A stretch of 64,000 nucleotides of DNA from a virus. The stretch covers positions 28,343 through 92,342 of the IMG/VR virus record IMGVR_UViG_3300012954_004455. One strand, 5' to 3'. Numbering within the stretch: position 1 is the first letter of the stretch; each line of letters begins with the position of its first letter. Position numbers and translations under genes: made by a program. Below, piece after piece: positions 38,065 through 48,550 of the stretch. Under the pieces are notes generated by a model. That model was not told the origin of the DNA. It was given only the letters and a program-made list of their open reading frames with translations, and searched no databases.

Positions 38065-39227
38065 TCTATCAACCCGCTCCAGAACACTCCCCTAGCGGAT
38101 TGGGAATTATCTACAAGATAAGCCCAAGCCACACTCCTACAGGCGACTATTTCATTGAGGCAACCTTACAAATTGCCCCTCCCCATGCCCCCAATGGAAA
38201 CTGGAGCTACAAGACATTGGCAAAGCTCAAGGGGAGATTCCTAAACGGCTATGTATCATTTGACTTTGCTCCAATTCTTCGAGAAGAATTAGAAATCAAC
38301 GCGCCCAATACAGAGGCATTGAGGATACTAGTAGACAGTCACAAAAAATACTCAATCAGCTTCCATGAATACGAGGATGGCCAAATAATCGACATACAAC
38401 ATGTAGTGTTGAAGCAATTGCTTCTCACGACATACCCCAGAAGATTTCAAAACACCTGGTTAGACCAGTGGATTGAGGGGAGAAAGCCCCTCATAAATCC
38501 TCAGTACGATGACCAGATAGTTCTCATCGGGCGGGACTCTCCTGCCTGGTATAGTTTCTTGCTCAAGGAAAACGTAACGGTTCCTAGAAATGGGAAATTC
38601 CCATTCAAAATCGATTTTGCCTTTGATGATGGATCAGCATTTTCCAATATCGGCTATTGGGACTTAGAAACCACTTTCCCAGGAAGCGGCGATCTTATCC
38701 AGTTCCCTATAGGATTCGAAATGCTCGGATTGAAGTCATTCGAAACCAACTCAGAGGTTTCCAGGTATACGATTACATTGATTGGAGATACCATAAATCA
38801 AAATCCAATCAGCGAACCACTACACATTGTCCCTATTTGGCATCCCCAAGGAACATCCCTCGTTTTCCAGAACTGCCTAGGAGGCTTGGATACCATATAC
38901 CTGACAGGGGAAGAAAAGATAATACCTCAAGTCAAACGAACAATAAACAGACGGACAAGTATAGATACTCCTCTAGAGAAGCACATATCCGCGCAAAACA
39001 TCCAAGAGACGCTTCTAATAGAGAAGTTCACGGGGTTCCAAACGGAGGATGGCCAAATATGGCTAAGTGACCTATTAAGCTCCCCCAAAGTTTGGAGATC
39101 GGGGCATCCATTAAAGCCAGACGCTGGGCTTATCCCGATTAATATATCTACTGATAGCCTTACAATCGAACCCAATAAGCTAGTTTCCTCAAAAATCAGA
39201 TACGAAATAGATGAGAATATACGCTAA
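38058..39227 (+). CDS. Minor tail protein
   Basis: Homolog of 1-1014; start set at MVVYQP. Confidence 0.65.
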   Translation: MVVYQPAPEHSPSGLGIIYKISPSHTPTGDYFIEATLQIAPPHAPNGNWSYKTLAKLKGRFLNGYVSFDFAPILREELEINAPNTEALRILVDSHKKYSISFHEYEDGQIIDIQHVVLKQLLLTTYPRRFQNTWLDQWIEGRKPLINPQYDDQIVLIGRDSPAWYSFLLKENVTVPRNGKFPFKIDFAFDDGSAFSNIGYWDLETTFPGSGDLIQFPIGFEMLGLKSFETNSEVSRYTITLIGDTINQNPISEPLHIVPIWHPQGTSLVFQNCLGGLDTIYLTGEEKIIPQVKRTINRRTSIDTPLEKHISAQNIQETLLIEKFTGFQTEDGQIWLSDLLSSPKVWRSGHPLKPDAGLIPINISTDSLTIEPNKLVSSKIRYEIDENIR

Positions 39228-39618
39228 GTTTCCCATCGATGTGCTAACCCTTCATCTCCTCCTATTTTTCACACTTCAACCTCTAATCATTCATTGCCAG
39301 TATCACACTATCAATAATTTCCTCGGTTTCTATTTCTATGCAGGGAAAAAACGGTTTTTTATCCCAACGGTATACCTCCTTGAAAGGGAAATATATACTA
39401 TCTTCTCGCTCCTAAAGTCACAATATGGAGTAGATGTTTTGGATGAGCCCATTTCGAAGCTTGAGTCGCTTTGGCCACTTGATGACTCGAAGATAAAGGA
39501 AGCCTTAAGAATAGATGGCCGAATAACAGATGTAAACGAGCGAGGTTTTTTGGAATCTCTCCGAATCGGGATAATAGAAATATATCTCAATCCCTCGTTA
39601 TCGTATCCCTATATTTGA
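39211..39618 (+). CDS. Inserted hypothetical protein, paralog 1
   Basis: LTLHLLLFFT..YG..L.EP..LE.L.P; absent from prophage A. Confidence 0.6.
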   Translation: MRIYAKFPIDVLTLHLLLFFTLQPLIIHCQYHTINNFLGFYFYAGKKRFFIPTVYLLEREIYTIFSLLKSQYGVDVLDEPISKLESLWPLDDSKIKEALRIDGRITDVNERGFLESLRIGIIEIYLNPSLSYPYI

Positions 39619-39655
39619 CATTAAATTTCAATATTAATATCAACCACTAAAAACT

Positions 39656-40060
39656 ATGGACATCAGCAATCGTCTCCCTAGCAGCGAATTAAACCTTCAG
39701 CTCCTCCTTTTCTATACATGGGAAACTTTAGTCTTCGATAAAGGAATTCACGTTGGTTGGTGCTTCCATGAACTCCAGTTTTTTCTACCAAACCGAGAAA
39801 TGATTGCAATCAAGATTCACATGTCTGAAGATGAAATCACCAGATTTCTTATATCTATAAAAGAAATATACGGGGAAAGAATCCTAGAGCAACCCTTTCG
39901 GAGGTTGGAAGCATTGCCACCAGATTATGACTTGACTATTAGCCAGGTCTTAAAAGTAAACGGTCAGCTCACAGAGAAAATCTTTCGAGATATGTTCACG
40001 TCACTTAGAGGAAGAATAATATTTACAGCAGCGAAACATGCTAGAAATAAGAACACCTAA
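39656..40060 (+). CDS. Inserted hypothetical protein, paralog 2
   Basis: LNLQLLLFYT..YG..LEQP..LEALPP; TATATTTG element just upstream (~39611). Confidence 0.6.
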   Translation: MDISNRLPSSELNLQLLLFYTWETLVFDKGIHVGWCFHELQFFLPNREMIAIKIHMSEDEITRFLISIKEIYGERILEQPFRRLEALPPDYDLTISQVLKVNGQLTEKIFRDMFTSLRGRIIFTAAKHARNKNT

Positions 40061-41786
40061 AGGAAGCCTAATCCTACCGAAAGATATTTCGGTAGGATTA
40101 GAGTTAATTAGTCCCTATTTCGCATCCGAAATAGGACGGAACAGCTGGACATATTCCACCAATATCCCTCACAAAGGCAATGGCTGGCTCCTACAGTATC
40201 CAGGCATTGCCGCAATTGCGTCTAATCCCCAAGAAATAGAAGCCTCTTTGTTCTTCTCTGGAATAGAATTATATCAAGGAAAACTAAAGATTCAAGATGC
40301 CAGTTCCCTTGGGAACACCATCTCTATCGCTCTCATTATAGATGAAAAAAACCTGAAAGACTCCCTCGAGGGGATTGAAATGAGCGATGTCGAATTCCAA
40401 GAAATCGTTGTATCAAACGCAACAAATCCAGAAAACAGACATCAGGAAGTCATCAACCATGCAACGGACACTGTCATCTCAGGAAACGAACTTTATGTGT
40501 TCGCTCCCGTCCTGAACGAAGGGAAGTGGGACGAGGATAATGCAATACTCGTTGTTGATTCCGTCCCTAATCATGAATGGACAATTATGAATTACTGGGA
40601 TGGCATAAACCAAAAATTTCACTCTATTCATGAATCCTTCATCAACAATTGGGATATACATTATCCTGGTTCATTACTAGTTCCCCTACCCTATATCCTA
40701 CCCATAATATCCTCCATTCTAGAAGCCATAGGTTACCATCTAGAAGAGTCGTCTTGGACTTCAGATGAAGAGATAAAGACATTAGTTTGTCTAACAAACA
40801 AAAGCCTCGCAGAGGAAGAAAATACATATTATGGGCTTCCTACCCATTTTAGCAGTGGCTCCATCAGACTAGGCGAGCATATCCCGAATGTCAGTCCCTT
40901 GGAACTAGTAAGCGGGATAGCAAAACTCTTCAACCTCGCTATCGAGGTGAAAGGCAAGGAGGTTACTTTTCTTCCAAAGAAGGATCTATTGGTAGCAGAA
41001 TTGGTTGATTGGACGGAGAAATGTCTATCCTATTCAATAAGATACGAAGATGCAGCAAGCTATTCTTTCGCTTCGGATAACGGGAGTGATAGCCTTTTCC
41101 ATCCTGAAATTGAAACCCGCCCAAATACTGAGACAGAAGTACAACTCCTCTCTGATTTACCACAAAGTCCAAATCAAGATGACATCGTACTGGTAAGGTT
41201 TGAGAACGCTTTCTACAAATACCAAGGGGCGCAATGGAACCTTCTTACTCACAATCAATACCCATTAAAGACGGCCAAAAAGCCTAAAACCGAGTTGAAC
41301 ATTCCCATAGGCACGACTCGGATGAAAAAGACAATCTACTACAACCTAAACAATCAGCAATACACACATCGAATCCCAAGAGTTTCCTTCAGGGTGGACG
41401 CAAAACCATTCGGGCAATTCGAAGAACCGATCGAAACGCAGCTTTTATTCTTCGACGGCTTACAATCTCCAGATCAACCCTTAGCAGGCGACTATCCTCG
41501 TCTAAGATCAGATTCCATAAACGGCCAATACAACTATAGCCTCTTTTGGGATGGTTCTCAGGGGCTGTATGCCCAATGGTGGCAAGCTTGGATACAGGCC
41601 ACCAATAGACCAATCATAAAGGTGAAACTGCTTCTAAAAGTAAGTGATTTACTAAAGCTCGATTTCAAGAAGCGAATCCAGATCCAAACCGAAACGAGTT
41701 CAGTTATCGGCCTACTCAGAAAGCTTTCAGTAACCCTAGGGAATCAAGGGGTTATTAGTGCAACTGCAGAAATCCTACTACTATGA
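40038..41786 (+). CDS. Tail/baseplate hub-like protein
   Basis: Homolog of 1011-2738. Confidence 0.65.
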   Translation: MLEIRTPKGSLILPKDISVGLELISPYFASEIGRNSWTYSTNIPHKGNGWLLQYPGIAAIASNPQEIEASLFFSGIELYQGKLKIQDASSLGNTISIALIIDEKNLKDSLEGIEMSDVEFQEIVVSNATNPENRHQEVINHATDTVISGNELYVFAPVLNEGKWDEDNAILVVDSVPNHEWTIMNYWDGINQKFHSIHESFINNWDIHYPGSLLVPLPYILPIISSILEAIGYHLEESSWTSDEEIKTLVCLTNKSLAEEENTYYGLPTHFSSGSIRLGEHIPNVSPLELVSGIAKLFNLAIEVKGKEVTFLPKKDLLVAELVDWTEKCLSYSIRYEDAASYSFASDNGSDSLFHPEIETRPNTETEVQLLSDLPQSPNQDDIVLVRFENAFYKYQGAQWNLLTHNQYPLKTAKKPKTELNIPIGTTRMKKTIYYNLNNQQYTHRIPRVSFRVDAKPFGQFEEPIETQLLFFDGLQSPDQPLAGDYPRLRSDSINGQYNYSLFWDGSQGLYAQWWQAWIQATNRPIIKVKLLLKVSDLLKLDFKKRIQIQTETSSVIGLLRKLSVTLGNQGVISATAEILLL

Positions 41787-42307
41787 GTCAGAAGATGAGC
41801 AGCGGAGACCAGCAAAGATTCCTGCAGGAAACAATTGCCGAATGGGTAGTTTACGCCCGTAAGGTCATAAGCAGGAATTTGGAATTAGCAGGAGATCACG
41901 CGCCCGATATCAAAGACAACATCAATTTTGATATTCAAGTGGCTGGCGATTTCGCCAACGTCCAGATATCATTTCCAGACGCAGGACGGTTTGTCGATAT
42001 AAAGGTCAAAGAATGGAGAAAAAGACCGCCTATTGCTCCTATTCAAAAATGGGTAAAAGAGCATAGGAAACGGATTAGGAAGACGCCTGGCTACGGAGAG
42101 AAAGCAAATATCCCTCGCAGCAAGAAAATAGCGAGAGTGGCATCAGCCATCCTATTCGCAAAAACCCAAAAACCCACCAAGCGCAAAAAGCGTTGGTGGA
42201 ACAAGTCGATTTTCTACCTAGTCGAAGTACTCCGAGGAATGCTTCAACGAAATCAGGCTGCTTGGATGAAGGCGCAACTCAAATCCAACCTCCAAAACAA
42301 GTCCTAA
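41783..42307 (+). CDS. Basic neck/tail-completion protein
   Basis: GRFVD..RPPIAPIQKWV; homolog of 2740-3288. Confidence 0.55.
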   Translation: MSQKMSSGDQQRFLQETIAEWVVYARKVISRNLELAGDHAPDIKDNINFDIQVAGDFANVQISFPDAGRFVDIKVKEWRKRPPIAPIQKWVKEHRKRIRKTPGYGEKANIPRSKKIARVASAILFAKTQKPTKRKKRWWNKSIFYLVEVLRGMLQRNQAAWMKAQLKSNLQNKS

Positions 42308-42340
42308 GTAAAAAAGCAGGCTCTAGATAACTATGCGTCT

Positions 42341-45300
42341 ATGAGCTTGAGAAAAGACGAGATACACTTTGATTTACATATCAATGGTGAGCAAATAACA
42401 GACACCTTTGGTGACTTAAAGAAAAAAGCCAAGCAACTACGAAGGGAGTTGAACGGCCTTAAACCAGGGACAGAAGCCTTTGTAAAGAAGGCAAAGGAGC
42501 TTGCCAAAGTAGAAGATCAAATAAAGGGGGTCAAGACCCAAATGAAATCCTTTCGTACAGGTCAGGCTAAGGCAGCGAAAGGCTTTCTGAATATCGGCAA
42601 ATTAGCTGGGGCTTTAGGCCCCATAATGCTTGCCGTTTTTTCCATACAAGCGATAACCGAATTCGCACAGCACATTGCACAAATCGCTGGAGAATTCAAC
42701 GAGCTTAGGGAAACGGTAAATGCCTTCTCAGGGGAAAGTGGAGACGCGCTCAACAAAACGACAGCCAAAGCGAAAGCGATGGCTGATACCTTTGATGTTG
42801 ATGTAAACGAAATACTCGAAGCCACCAATGCAGCCAGTGCAGAATTCGGAATAGGCTTCGATGAAGCCCTAAACCTAGTCCAAAAAGGTCTCCTAGCAAC
42901 AAAAACAAAACACGGGGATTACATCGCCCAAATTTCCGAATACTCAACTCAGTTCAAAGACATGGGTTATACGGCTGAAGAGGCTTTTGCCATCATCAGC
43001 CAAGGTCAGAATATGGGAGTCTTTTCGGATAAAGCTCCTGATGCAATCAAGGAATTCAAACTCCGTCTCAACGACCTTACAAAAGCGCAACACGATTTAA
43101 TCAAAGATAACTTTGGAGAGAAGTTCGCTGCACAAATCGCAGATGGGAGCCTCTCCAGTATTGACGCACTCAAGGGAGTATCCCAAGGGATGCGGGACAT
43201 TAAAGCAGCAGGAGGAAACCTGCAGCCAATAATAACGAACCTATTTGGAGGAGCTGGAGAAGATGCAGGAGAAAGATACCTACTCTCCCTCGCAGACATA
43301 GACACCAACCTAGACAATCTCATAGATACAGGGAACATCTTCATCCAACAAAAGCAGGAGGAGATGCAAGCCCAAGAGGATCTCAACCTCGAATATGCCA
43401 GATTAGGCGAATCTCTCCAAGGTGTAGGACACTGGTTCAAAATGCTATGGAATACCACAAAGTTGGTGTTCTTCAGAATGACCAACGCAGCAATAAGCTT
43501 CTTCAGATTTTGGCCAGAAAAGTGGGGCGTATTCAAGGAACAAGCCAAGAATTCTATGAAGAGCCTCTACAACTATCTGATAGGGCCAATAGAAGACGCG
43601 CTAAACTACTTCCGAGGGCTAACAGGTTTGGCTAAGGTAGATCTCAAAGCAGACATAGACACCAGTGGTTTAGATCAAGCAAAAGAGAATCTGAAAAGTC
43701 GGTTAGAGCAAAACCAAAAAGAAATTGAAGCGTACCAGGTACGCAAAACAATGGAGAGTGCAGGCAAGGTGGAAGAGGCTAATCGAGTCGCCACATTAAA
43801 CGAAAGAGCCAAAAGCAACAAAGAGTACAGAAAACGCTTCAAAGAAGATCAGGAGAAGCTCAAAAAGGAAGTGGTAGCAGCAGCAGCCAATATCGAACGG
43901 CTGCGTATAGCCTCTATGGAAGAGGGGAAGGAGAAAGAAATTGCTCTGCGTAAGCTTCGACACGCTGAACAAATATCCAAACTAAAAGGGAATGCTTCCC
44001 AGATAAGAGAACAGACCAGGCTATTAGAAGAGCAGAAACGAAAAGATCTGCTTGCCATACAGGATAAATACGACGAGGAAGAAGAGAAACAAGAAGAGAC
44101 GAAAAGTTTGGCCAAAAGCCATATCGCCCAAAAACGATTCGAGCGGGATATCCGACTGCTTGAGGAAAGAAGAAGGCGAAAGGTTTATGAAGCAAACCTG
44201 GATGTTCTTGAGGATGTCAAGGCGGGCAAGTCTGTTGAAGAAGTCGAAGCGAACCTAAAAGATCGACTTTTGGGGATAGAAAAAGATTACTTCGAAGACA
44301 AAAAGAGCCTCCAGCAGGGATTCCTCAAGGAACAAATTCAAAACCTCAAATCCGAAGCAGAAGAACGGAAGAATGCGATTGCCGATTCTGATAAAGATGT
44401 AGCCAATAAGAGGCTAGAGATAGAGATTGACCTACAAAACCAAATTGCTGCATTACAAGCTGACTTCACTTCGACTAAAGAAGCTATACTCAATCAAGAG
44501 ATTGACCAGGAAAAAGCCGCCGCCGATAAGAGGCTGAAAATACGCCAGGAAACGAAGGAGAAGCTCCAGAACATGGAAGCGGCAATGCTATCCTCGGTTA
44601 AGTCGGCCTTGGATGCTTGGGAAACATTCTCGCAAAATAGTGCGGATAAACGCCTAAATGCCTTAGAAGCCAGAAAAGCGAAAGAGTTGAAATTGGCAGG
44701 AGGCAATGAGGCTAGAAAGGCCAAAATCGAGAAAAAGTATAACAAAGAACGGGAAAAGATAGAGACGGCACAGAACGAAAGGTCTAAAAAGATTGCAAAA
44801 GCGCGGGCACTAGTAAATACCTACGAATCGGTAACAAAAACATATGCACAGTTCGGATTCCCTTGGGGAATTCCTGCTGCAGCTGCTGCCTTTGCGCTTG
44901 GTATCGCCAATGTGATGAAGATCGAAAAGTCAATGGCAGAAGGAGGCCCTACAGGCAAAGCCCCCTTTGGCACAATTGCCGATTCGAGCGGAGAAAAGCC
45001 AATCGGCTTGATCCGAGCTCATGAACATGAATGGATAGCCCCCCGCTGGATGGTGCAATCGCCTCAATATGGCCCTTTGATTCAAGAAATGGAGGGAATC
45101 AGAATAAGAGGCTACGCAGAAGGAGGTTTCCCAAGCTCCTCCCCTACTCCATCAGCGAGAATCGAAACGCCTCTCCCTTCTGAAAGTGCGCTTCTCAGTA
45201 TCAGGCTGCTCGAAGAAGTCAGTATGAAGCAAAGCCAAATAATCAGGCTTTTGAGCAATCCCCAATTTGTTACCATCTATGGAGAACGGGAATACCAAAT

Positions 45301-45352
45301 CATTGATGAAGGGATAACCGATTTAAATAAGAGAATAGGAGGTTCCCTATGA
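42341..45352 (+). CDS. Tail tape measure protein
   Basis: 1003 aa helical; DKAPDAIKEF and AEGG...HEHEWIAP motifs. Confidence 0.9.
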   Translation: MSLRKDEIHFDLHINGEQITDTFGDLKKKAKQLRRELNGLKPGTEAFVKKAKELAKVEDQIKGVKTQMKSFRTGQAKAAKGFLNIGKLAGALGPIMLAVFSIQAITEFAQHIAQIAGEFNELRETVNAFSGESGDALNKTTAKAKAMADTFDVDVNEILEATNAASAEFGIGFDEALNLVQKGLLATKTKHGDYIAQISEYSTQFKDMGYTAEEAFAIISQGQNMGVFSDKAPDAIKEFKLRLNDLTKAQHDLIKDNFGEKFAAQIADGSLSSIDALKGVSQGMRDIKAAGGNLQPIITNLFGGAGEDAGERYLLSLADIDTNLDNLIDTGNIFIQQKQEEMQAQEDLNLEYARLGESLQGVGHWFKMLWNTTKLVFFRMTNAAISFFRFWPEKWGVFKEQAKNSMKSLYNYLIGPIEDALNYFRGLTGLAKVDLKADIDTSGLDQAKENLKSRLEQNQKEIEAYQVRKTMESAGKVEEANRVATLNERAKSNKEYRKRFKEDQEKLKKEVVAAAANIERLRIASMEEGKEKEIALRKLRHAEQISKLKGNASQIREQTRLLEEQKRKDLLAIQDKYDEEEEKQEETKSLAKSHIAQKRFERDIRLLEERRRRKVYEANLDVLEDVKAGKSVEEVEANLKDRLLGIEKDYFEDKKSLQQGFLKEQIQNLKSEAEERKNAIADSDKDVANKRLEIEIDLQNQIAALQADFTSTKEAILNQEIDQEKAAADKRLKIRQETKEKLQNMEAAMLSSVKSALDAWETFSQNSADKRLNALEARKAKELKLAGGNEARKAKIEKKYNKEREKIETAQNERSKKIAKARALVNTYESVTKTYAQFGFPWGIPAAAAAFALGIANVMKIEKSMAEGGPTGKAPFGTIADSSGEKPIGLIRAHEHEWIAPRWMVQSPQYGPLIQEMEGIRIRGYAEGGFPSSSPTPSARIETPLPSESALLSIRLLEEVSMKQSQIIRLLSNPQFVTIYGEREYQIIDEGITDLNKRIGGSL

Positions 45353-46044
45353 TCAGCGAACGGATAAAAGCTTGGTTACAGAACAGGGATTTTCAGGAAG
45401 GCAAGGAACTCTTCTTAGAAGTGGGGCCAACCAACCTGAAGGCAAGAATAGCGAAAGCTCCCCCTTATGATAAAACAGCCAAGGGGCTAATCGCCTATCA
45501 CCTTCAAAAGGCTCTCGAAGAACTCCCTGAAGAGGCTCCGAAGCAGGAAAGGCGGAAGAGAAAGCCCAAACTACACGAGTTAAATAAAAAGATATCGGGT
45601 TTGGCTCGTAGTAGAGGTATGCTTGCAGACACCCTCCGAATAAGCGATAAGACAGAAGATATTGAACATAATTGCCATGTATTGGATCGGCTCAAGGAAC
45701 TGCGTCAAGAGCAAGCAAAACTTGAGTTAGAACGAGAAGCCATAAAGCAAGGGGTTCAACCAGTAATTGAAACCTCTAGGCTACCCAGCATAAAATACGG
45801 GGAAAGCCACTACAGCGAGACCAAATTGGCGAACATGAGTGCAAATGAGCTCCAAAAGCTCATAGGCCAGCTCAAGAAAAAGAGGCTCAAATACCTAAAC
45901 CGAGCCTCCGAAGCCAAATCCAACGGGAAAAGCCAAACGGAAATATCCAACCTCGAAGGAGCTGCAGAAACGACAAAAGACTTGCTCCTACTCCATGAAT
46001 TATACTACCAAAAAGATCAACAAGAGCGATGCAATCGAGAGTAG
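45349..46044 (+). CDS. Hypothetical protein
   Basis: Syntenic with 6915-7736 but lacks the NPxS repeat. Confidence 0.65.
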   Translation: MISERIKAWLQNRDFQEGKELFLEVGPTNLKARIAKAPPYDKTAKGLIAYHLQKALEELPEEAPKQERRKRKPKLHELNKKISGLARSRGMLADTLRISDKTEDIEHNCHVLDRLKELRQEQAKLELEREAIKQGVQPVIETSRLPSIKYGESHYSETKLANMSANELQKLIGQLKKKRLKYLNRASEAKSNGKSQTEISNLEGAAETTKDLLLLHELYYQKDQQERCNRE

Positions 46045-46487
46045 ACAAAATTAAAAGCTTTTACAGCGATCAAACTCCCCTTACTCCCGAGGATGATGCC
46101 TATAGAATCTTGCTTGAGCATATAATTGCCCTCATCCAAGAAGATACAGCAGAATCGGAAATTCGAGACTCTATTATTGAATGGAAACCTGAATGGAAGA
46201 AGAAAGGCTACCTCGTTTCCAGTGCCTACAAGAACGCATTGGTGCTAGCAGCCGATGTAGAGGGGCTACAAATGGAAGCCAGGCGGTATCTTATGGAAAC
46301 CCAACTAAGAAACTTATACCACCAAGCTGTAGAAGAAGAGAAGTACGAACTGGCTGTCAAGATTCAAGACCGAATAGCTAAACTCACTGGTTTATACGAG
46401 AATCAAACCAGTATAAAGGGAGCTACAATCCCTATAATGAATATCATCTACACCGATGATACGAAGGTTTTAGAAAATGAGAATTAG
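46029..46487 (+). CDS. Probable terminase small subunit
   Basis: Upstream of TerL; homolog of 7733-8191. Confidence 0.55.
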   Translation: MQSRVDKIKSFYSDQTPLTPEDDAYRILLEHIIALIQEDTAESEIRDSIIEWKPEWKKKGYLVSSAYKNALVLAADVEGLQMEARRYLMETQLRNLYHQAVEEEKYELAVKIQDRIAKLTGLYENQTSIKGATIPIMNIIYTDDTKVLENEN

Positions 46488-47982
46488 AACCCAACAGATA
46501 TACGTAAACCCCAAACAGAAATCGGTACTCGAACAAATCCTGACAGGATTGTTCAATATCATTGTAGGAATCTGTGGGAGAGGTTTTGGGAAGACAACCC
46601 TATTGGCTATCCTGATATTCGAGTTCGTGCGCGCGCATCCACGCGGACGAGCGGCCTTGGTTGGCCCTGAAATCAAGGGGCTGAAGAATAGAATTTGGCC
46701 GGGGATACAGGGGAAACTCGAAGCAATGGGCTTACAAGAGGATATCCATTTTGTCGTAGGCAAGGCTCCTCCGAAGAATTGGGTCAAAGCTTATTCGCCC
46801 CCCAAAGACCCCAAAAGCTGTGTTTTCTTCGTCAATGGCGTTGTGCTTGATATGGTCGGTATGAAGAACAAAACCAGCGGGCGCGGGCCTTCTTATGACG
46901 CCTTATTCGGAGATGAATTCCTTCACGTAGACCAAGAAAAGTTCGAGGGGCAAGTCGTTCCTGCAGTACGAGGGAGCCACCACAGGAGGAGTAAAATCCC
47001 TTGTGAATGGCATCGTCCCAAGTGGGGTAAGGTTATAAATGAAAAAGGCAAATACTTCTGGGTATTTGCCTGGAAGGATAGCCCCTTCTTTCAGTTAATC
47101 GCCCTATTCTCCTCTATGCCTAGCTATACCAACCCATGGATTTACGAGGAGTACAAGAACGCGGAAGCCAAGGAAATCGAAGGCTATAAGTTCAGCCCCC
47201 TATACTTCGAGGGAACTTGGCGCGACAACCTCGCAGTCCTAGGCGAATACTATTACGGCCAACAGAAGATGCGTATTCGCCTCAAAAGGATGTTTGATAT
47301 CGAGATAGACAATAAACCTCCAGTAAAGCGCGGCAAGAAATTTTACTCGCGATTTAATGCGAGCAAGCATGTATTACTAACTGATCCTTACGACGAGAAA
47401 CGTATGCTCTACCTGTCTTGGGACTTTGGTAGCTTCACCTCCTTGGTGGTGCTACAATACGACAGAGAGAAGAAGATTATCTATGCCATAAGAGAGTACT
47501 TCTCTTATGAGGGCCTGGTGTCTCAATGCCTTGCTCTGTTTGAAGCGGAGTTCCAAGACCATCAAGAACGCTTAATCGTTATGAGTGGGGATGTGAACGG
47601 ACTATTCACTCGATCGCCCAAGAACAACACTACCAATCTATTCCAGGAAGCGGAGACTACCTTACGCGCGTTGAAGTGGCGTGTAATCATGACATCCAGA
47701 AGAGTCAATCCACCACATGCAACCAAGCACAGCCAGATCAATAAAGCCCTAGAAGAAAAGGAGCTTTTCCCAAAGCTCCGATTCTATGAATATGGATGTC
47801 ATCAACTGATATTCTGCCTATCTGATGTAAACCTGAAAGACAAATACCAGAAGGACAAGAGTGGAGAAGCCAACAGCCAGAACCCAGAGGAAGAGGCACA
47901 CGTAACGGACGCATACGACTACGGATTTGTAGAGATCCTCGGCTCGGGAGGCGGTGGGGGTGGCATAGGAGGAGCTGTTTAA
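46477..47982 (+). CDS. terL: Terminase large subunit
   Basis: Walker A GRGFGKT, Walker B FGDE, SWDFG and HVTDAYDY. Confidence 0.92.
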   Translation: MRIRTQQIYVNPKQKSVLEQILTGLFNIIVGICGRGFGKTTLLAILIFEFVRAHPRGRAALVGPEIKGLKNRIWPGIQGKLEAMGLQEDIHFVVGKAPPKNWVKAYSPPKDPKSCVFFVNGVVLDMVGMKNKTSGRGPSYDALFGDEFLHVDQEKFEGQVVPAVRGSHHRRSKIPCEWHRPKWGKVINEKGKYFWVFAWKDSPFFQLIALFSSMPSYTNPWIYEEYKNAEAKEIEGYKFSPLYFEGTWRDNLAVLGEYYYGQQKMRIRLKRMFDIEIDNKPPVKRGKKFYSRFNASKHVLLTDPYDEKRMLYLSWDFGSFTSLVVLQYDREKKIIYAIREYFSYEGLVSQCLALFEAEFQDHQERLIVMSGDVNGLFTRSPKNNTTNLFQEAETTLRALKWRVIMTSRRVNPPHATKHSQINKALEEKELFPKLRFYEYGCHQLIFCLSDVNLKDKYQKDKSGEANSQNPEEEAHVTDAYDYGFVEILGSGGGGGGIGGAV

Positions 47983-48016
47983 TGCTGGTTCCAGTTCGAC
48001 ACCAGGCTACCGTGAC

Positions 48017-48104
48017 TATATCACTATTTTGGTGCTGCCAGCCCCCCTTAATGTTAAAGGGCGCACGCCGCTTTTCTGCCGTTAAGGAATCCTCAATTTT
48101 TTTC
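48017..48104. other. Putative cos/pac packaging site of prophage B
   Basis: TATATCAC (48017), GGGCGCACGCCG (48059-48070) and a T-tract; matches the prophage A site. Confidence 0.45.
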
Positions 48105-48158
48105 GCGCCGCGCCAACTCCTTGACTAACAAGAAAATCACTAAAGCGACTCAATCGAT

Positions 48159-48500
48159 ATGCAGATAGATAAACAAACGATGTTGAGCGAAATAAATCTG
48201 GAGATTATAGGGGGGAAACCTCACATATTTTCGATTGGATTTATTCGTGTTTCCCCCCTAGGAAGAGGGACATTTGCTCTCGTCAAGAAAGCGAAGATTC
48301 TGAAAAGCAGCGACAAAATCAGAGGGAAGCGAAGAGAACCAGGGCCAAAGAAAAGAGTCGAAGGCAATCGAAAATTAGGAGGAAGGCTCAAGCTATACGA
48401 TATAGAAAATGAGCAGCCTTTTGATGTGCTAATTGACACGATAAAAAGGTTCAATGGGATGGAGGTAATCCATTATCGAGGGAATATGAATAGGCGATAA
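48159..48500 (+). CDS. Conserved small phage protein preceding portal
   Basis: Homolog of 9968-10312. Confidence 0.7.
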   Translation: MQIDKQTMLSEINLEIIGGKPHIFSIGFIRVSPLGRGTFALVKKAKILKSSDKIRGKRREPGPKKRVEGNRKLGGRLKLYDIENEQPFDVLIDTIKRFNGMEVIHYRGNMNRR

Positions 48501-48550
48501 TCCTCCTAGCTTGTCCTTCTTGTTCAGAACCATTTGAGACACCTTGCAGT

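Noticed and set aside
36816-45352. Contractile tail, tailocin or eCIS
   Set aside because: No sheath or baseplate-J-like gene recognised; capsid, portal and terminase are present
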